A stretch of DNA of 64,000 bases from the NCBI GenBank assembly GCA_963700285.1, contig CAVOXA010000010.1:1120001-1184000 (forward strand), written 5' to 3'. Position 1 is the first letter of the stretch. Each line of letters opens with the position of its first letter. Below the pieces are notes generated by a model that had not been told where the DNA came from, ran no database searches, and saw only the letters and a program-made list of their open reading frames with translations. Of the stretch, positions 59,779 through 64,000 are shown piece after piece. Source of the stretch: an uncultured Chloroflexia bacterium (GTDB lineage Bacteria > Chloroflexota > Anaerolineae > JAAYZQ01). Made by a program: the position numbers and the translations under genes.

Positions 59779-60543
59779 CTACGATTTCTTTCTGAGCAAC
59801 GACTTGGCTGCCATCGCTGCACCAACAATGCCTGCTTCGTTCAAGAGTTGGGCTGGCACAACATCGGCCTGGGTATTGAGCAAGGGCAGGAACTTGTGGT
59901 GATTCTTGCTGGCACCACCCCCCAATACGAACAGGTCTGGGGAAAAGAGAACCTCCAATGCTCCCAAGACGTCATTCACCCGTCCTGCCCACTCGCTCCA
60001 GCCCAGTCCCTCCCCCTTGCGAGCCCGGTCGGACGCATAGTCCTCCATCTCGACAGCACAATGTGCGCCACACATGAGATGCATGTGCCCCAATTCGGTA
60101 TTTGGCAGAAGCGTTCCACCAACAAAGATGGCGCTGCCGATACCGGTGCCGAGGGTAAGCACAAAGATAATACCCCTGCGCCCCCGTCCTGCGCCGAACC
60201 TCATCTCGGCAATGCCAGCGGCATCGGCATCGTTGAGCAGCCGCACGGGGCAACCGGTCGCCTTTTCCAGCAGCTTTCTGCCGTTGACGCCGACCCATGA
60301 GTCGTCAACGTTGGCCGCGCTGTAGACGACGCCCTTTTTGACCACCGCCGGGAATGTGCAGCCGATGGGGCCTGTCCAGCGGAAATGGCGGGCAATCTTT
60401 GCCACTGTGCCGGCTACGGCATCGGGCGTGGATGGCTGCGGGGTCGAGATTCGGCGGCGTTTGGTCGCCAGCGTCCCTTTTTTGACGTCAACCAACGCGC
60501 CCTTGATGCCAGAACCCCCAATATCAACTCCCAGAATCTCCAT
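59779..60543 (-). CDS. ppgK: Polyphosphate glucokinase (ROK family)
   Basis: GVDIGGSGIKG, TPQPSTP, NDADAAG, GTGIGSA, PNTELGH, NEAGIVGAA. Confidence 0.9.
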   Translation of the reverse strand: MEILGVDIGGSGIKGALVDVKKGTLATKRRRISTPQPSTPDAVAGTVAKIARHFRWTGPIGCTFPAVVKKGVVYSAANVDDSWVGVNGRKLLEKATGCPVRLLNDADAAGIAEMRFGAGRGRRGIIFVLTLGTGIGSAIFVGGTLLPNTELGHMHLMCGAHCAVEMEDYASDRARKGEGLGWSEWAGRVNDVLGALEVLFSPDLFVLGGGASKNHHKFLPLLNTQADVVPAQLLNEAGIVGAAMAAKSLLRKKS

Positions 60544-60612
60544 ACCATTCTCCTCCAGGAACAGGCTCAGACGATAGGGTTGGTACCCGAGTTCCCGACT
60601 CGTCAGGGCTAC

Positions 60613-61150
60613 TCACTCGATGGGTATCCAATAACGTCCTTGGAAAAGCCCTCCCGGCCGGGCCTGAAGCCCATTGAATGAAACCAGGTCGAAGGACGGG
60701 TCAAAGGCATACCCAAGCTGATGGTACACCTCGGGCGGGATGCCAATGTCGGCCAGATAGAGTTCGCAGGGCAGCCCCCGCAGCCCTGTTTTGGGCAGGG
60801 CCAGGGTCAGCGTACGTTCGGGCCGCACCATACTGCCAGGCGCCTCGCCCGTCGCCGCGTTGAGGCCGGAGGGCACGTCCAGGGAAAGGACTCGGGCTGC
60901 GTATTTGTTGCAGAGATCGATCAGATCGGCCGCCCTCCCCCGGGGTGCCCCGCGCAGGCCGTAGCCGATCAGCGCATCCACGACGAGATGCGCATCCTGG
61001 ATCGACGCTTGGGCCAGAGCCCCATCCAGCGGGTGGAGGCCGGCTGATTGCAGGATACCAAGCTGGCGGCCGGCAGATCCCTGCAAGACGCTGGCGTCCC
61101 GTCCGAGCACCAACCGAACATCGATGCCGTGGTTGTGCAGGTTTCGTCGT
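60613..61150 (-). pseudogene. nnrE: N-terminally truncated NAD(P)H-hydrate epimerase (YjeF-N)
   Basis: VVDALIGYGL, LSLDVPSG, LALPK and ADIGIP are present. The N-terminal ME.AG and GxGxNGG motifs are absent from the upstream frames. Confidence 0.65.
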
Positions 61151-61325
61151 TTGACCCCCTCCGGTTCTGGGTTCTGACCTTGCGGCGGCGGCGCGCATCC
61201 AGACTGGCGGCCCGCCGCCGCGAGGCAGAGTAGGTCTTTCGAACTTTGGCCTCCAGACGCCATCAGGTGTCATTTCCATACCTGAAAACGATTGCACCGG
61301 TCGTGGAGCAAGCAGAGACGAGCAC

Positions 61326-62354
61326 TTATACCTTCCAGTCAGCCAGATAAGGTACGTCGCGGTCCTTCACCCTGGCCCCGAGGGCAGGATGCATCGACAT
61401 ATCGGGCGAATACCTGCTGGCCGGGACCGTCCTGCCCAGCGCCTCAGCCATCGCCCGGACGTGGTGCGGCGCCGCCCCACAGCAGATGCCGATGTAGCTG
61501 ACGCCCATGTCCCGCGCCGCCACCGCAAAATCGGCCATTTCAAACCGCGTGCTGGTAAAAGGCTCCAGGGCAATGGGGAACCCACGCTCCTCGCCCTCAT
61601 TCTGCAGGACGGCAAAGGTCGGCTGCTCCTCGGTCGTCCGGTAGGGGACCGGCAGTGCGGAAACGTAGCCGTCGACCGCTTCCCGGACCTCTTTTATCAT
61701 TGGCAGCAGCGTGTCAGGCCCCCTGGAGCAGTTGAGCCCGACGACTTCTGCCCCCCGATCTTGGACGATCTTGCAGGCTTCTGGAAAGGCATAGCCATCT
61801 TTGCTTTGGTCGTGGATGGAGCCAAAGGCGACCATGATCGGCAGGTCGAATTGTTTGGCCACATCTACAGCAATGATCGCCTCACCCAAATAGTCCAGGG
61901 TTTCGGCCACGATAAAGTCCACACCTTCGTCAGCGGCCCAGCCGACCTGTTCCTCGTACATCTGACGGACATCTTTGCCCGTATCTTTGGGATTCCGGTG
62001 GTCATACACCCACGTATTGCTGATGTTGCCCGCCACCAGGGCGTCGCCCTCCGCGGCAACCTCTCTGGCCAACCGCACCGCTTGGCGGTTGAGCGCCTCC
62101 AGGTCACCCTCCCGGCCGATGGTTCTCAGCTTATCGCGGTAGGCATAGTAGGTCAGCGCCAACATGACATCTGAGCCCGCCCACAGAAACTCCCGGTGAA
62201 GCTGCCGCACGGCTTCGGGATTGTCCAACACCACCTCGGGCACGTAGGCCCCAGCCTGAAGATAGCCACGCCGTTCTAGCTCGAATAAATAGCCCTCAGC
62301 GGCCAATACGACGCCCGTCTCCAGTCTCTCCATTAACCCGACTTTGTCACCCAT
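61326..62354 (-). CDS. Homocysteine S-methyltransferase (BHMT-like)
   Basis: EGYLFELERRGYL, GLNC, GICCG Zn ligands. Confidence 0.88.
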   Translation of the reverse strand: MGDKVGLMERLETGVVLAAEGYLFELERRGYLQAGAYVPEVVLDNPEAVRQLHREFLWAGSDVMLALTYYAYRDKLRTIGREGDLEALNRQAVRLAREVAAEGDALVAGNISNTWVYDHRNPKDTGKDVRQMYEEQVGWAADEGVDFIVAETLDYLGEAIIAVDVAKQFDLPIMVAFGSIHDQSKDGYAFPEACKIVQDRGAEVVGLNCSRGPDTLLPMIKEVREAVDGYVSALPVPYRTTEEQPTFAVLQNEGEERGFPIALEPFTSTRFEMADFAVAARDMGVSYIGICCGAAPHHVRAMAEALGRTVPASRYSPDMSMHPALGARVKDRDVPYLADWKV

Positions 62355-62450
62355 TACTGGCTCCTCGTAGCATTTGATTCAGGGCACAGCCCTGCCCGTC
62401 TGTAGATTCTCACGCCTGGCAGCCGCCGTCGCGGGCCAGGCGGGTCACAC

Positions 62451-63083
62451 CTATCCACCAATCAGGATCGCCCGGGCGGGCGCGCCGTCGCCGGCCTCGA
62501 TCTTGAGGGGAAGACAAACAAGCTGGTAGAGCCCCGGCGCAATCTGGCACAGATCCAGCGCTTCCACCACGACCAACCCGGCGCCCAGCAAGATCTGGTG
62601 TGGAACGATCAGGTCGTCAAAGGGCGCCACCGCCAGATAGTCCACGCCCACCAGGCGGACGCCATGATCGATCAGCCAATGGGCGCCATCCCGCGTGACC
62701 CCAACATAGTTCTCATCAAACTCACGCTCGCCCCGCATCCAGCGTTCAGAGTTACGGGTGCGAAAAAGCAGGCGCTCGGTGCCAGGAGGGATAGACAGTC
62801 CATCTAGTACGCCGGCAGAGATTGCGTCGACCTCCAAGCAATGGACAACCAGCGAGGGCCCGACCAACAGGCTCAGATCCATGACATCGACCCCTGCAGC
62901 GCCAGGAACAAAGTGAGCCGGTGCATCCACATGTGTGCCGGTGTGGGAACTGATCTCCAGACGGCTGACGGTCGACCGGTCTCCCCGATCCAGGTGTGAC
63001 CGGTGGCTGATGCCGATAGAGGGGTGGTCCGGCCAGACGACGAGCGACTCAGAGATAGACAGCGAGATATCATAGATGGCCAT
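62451..63083 (-). CDS. Cyclase family protein (kynurenine formamidase-like)
   Basis: HTGTHVDAPAH, VGVDYL, VVE, PLKIEAGDGAPARA. Confidence 0.88.
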   Translation of the reverse strand: MAIYDISLSISESLVVWPDHPSIGISHRSHLDRGDRSTVSRLEISSHTGTHVDAPAHFVPGAAGVDVMDLSLLVGPSLVVHCLEVDAISAGVLDGLSIPPGTERLLFRTRNSERWMRGEREFDENYVGVTRDGAHWLIDHGVRLVGVDYLAVAPFDDLIVPHQILLGAGLVVVEALDLCQIAPGLYQLVCLPLKIEAGDGAPARAILIGG

Positions 63084-63093
63084 GTCATACTCC

Positions 63094-63811
63094 CTAACTT
63101 CTACCGTAGACGGGAACCGCAGCCCCACTTACCGCCCGCGCGGCATCCGAGGCCAAAAAGAGCATGACGTCGGCGATAGCCTCAGGCGGCACCCAGCGGC
63201 TGTGATCCGCCGTGGGCATGGCCTGGCGGTTCTGCGGCGTATCGATGGTCCCCGGCAGTACGCAGTTCACATTGATCCCTTGCTGCCAGGAGTTCCGCGG
63301 ACAGGCTCTCCACCAGCCGCACGATGCCGCTCTTGGAGACACTGTAGGCAGAGGCATTGGCCCCACCCTTTAGCGCCGCACGCGCCGCCACGTGGACGAT
63401 CTTGCCCGAACCTTGCGCCAGCATGGAGGGCGCCACCGCCCGGCTGAGGACAAAGGCCGTCCGGGCATTCAGGTTGAGCATGAAATCCCAGGTCTCCAGC
63501 GAGGTCTCCTGGACCGGCGTCCCGGCACGGTAACCGCCAACCGTGTTGGCCAAAACGTCGATGCGGCCAAAGCGATCCAGTGCGGCCTGCACCGCACCTT
63601 CCACGGACTCGGCATCGGTCGCGTCCACAGAGCCAAGCAGCAGATATTTCGGCGAACCGGCCAGTTCCGGGAAAAGCCCGGACAGCCGCTCTGGCTTGCG
63701 GTCCGGTAGCACGAGGCTGGCGCCAGCCTCGTAGAACGCCCGGGTAACCGCCTGGCCAAGATTGCCAGATGCCCCACTGACCATCACAATCTGATTGGAA
63801 AAGTCAAACAT
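63094..63811 (-). CDS. SDR family oxidoreductase (one apparent frameshift near 63285)
   Basis: SGASGNLG and YSVSK, then in another frame [15 protein letters not shown]...[10 protein letters not shown]. Confidence 0.82.
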
Positions 63812-63825
63812 TAGGATACGCTCCT

Positions 63826-64000
63826 TTACAGTCCAAGTCCGTAACAAGCAGCACCAAAAAGCGCTGTCCTGTCATTGAGAATGACGTACACCGGTATCTG
63901 GGCCAACAGATCGGCAAACCGCCCCTTGTTGACAAAGGAAGCCATAAAGGTCCCATCTTTCAGCTTGGCCAAGATCTTGGGTGGAATACCCCCGCCGAGA
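63826..64000 (-). CDS. glk: Glucokinase, C-terminal fragment (5' end outside the window)
   Basis: Manual translation: LGGGIPPKILAKLKDGTFMASFVNKGRFADLLAQIPVYVILNDRTALFGAA. Confidence 0.8.
   Translation of the reverse strand, partial: LGGGIPPKILAKLKDGTFMASFVNKGRFADLLAQIPVYVILNDRTALFGAACYGLGL

Overview
A GC-rich bacterial chromosomal segment made mostly of housekeeping genes. Gene content and the Pro/Thr-rich exported proteins suggest Chloroflexota, probably Anaerolineae-like (inference, not tested). It holds about 50 CDS. tRNA/translation maintenance: rimO, an A-adding-type tRNA nucleotidyltransferase, ybaK, rnz, Trm112-like, tRNA-Glu(CTC), tRNA-Lys(CTT). DNA replication/repair: priA, a second short DnaE, exonuclease-DinG. 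Cell envelope: murA, a class A PBP, two GT2 enzymes. Central carbon: porCDAB and glk/ppgK/tal-pgi/zwf/pgl. There is also a degraded IS remnant. Best-supported non-obvious features: (1) a selenocysteine peroxiredoxin (prxU) split in the ORF track by an in-frame UGA at the peroxidatic position; (2) a spacer-less array of eight 28-bp palindromic units between a PEP/pyruvate-binding-domain gene and the orphan dnaE, plus a related palindromic 18-bp expansion inside the MEMO1 gene; (3) a Cys->Asp (fosfomycin-insensitive type) MurA; (4) a ~120-nt rod-like leader in front of an ABC exporter; (5) a tandem GNAT sitting where opcA often lies, between zwf and pgl. Several genes (glcD-like, porCDAB, zwf, tal-pgi, SDR) carry patches of frameshifts, mostly single-base insertions, that look like long-read consensus errors rather than real pseudogenes. 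I found no CRISPR-Cas, prophage, integrase or reverse transcriptase, and I cannot claim a complete new multi-gene system from sequence alone.
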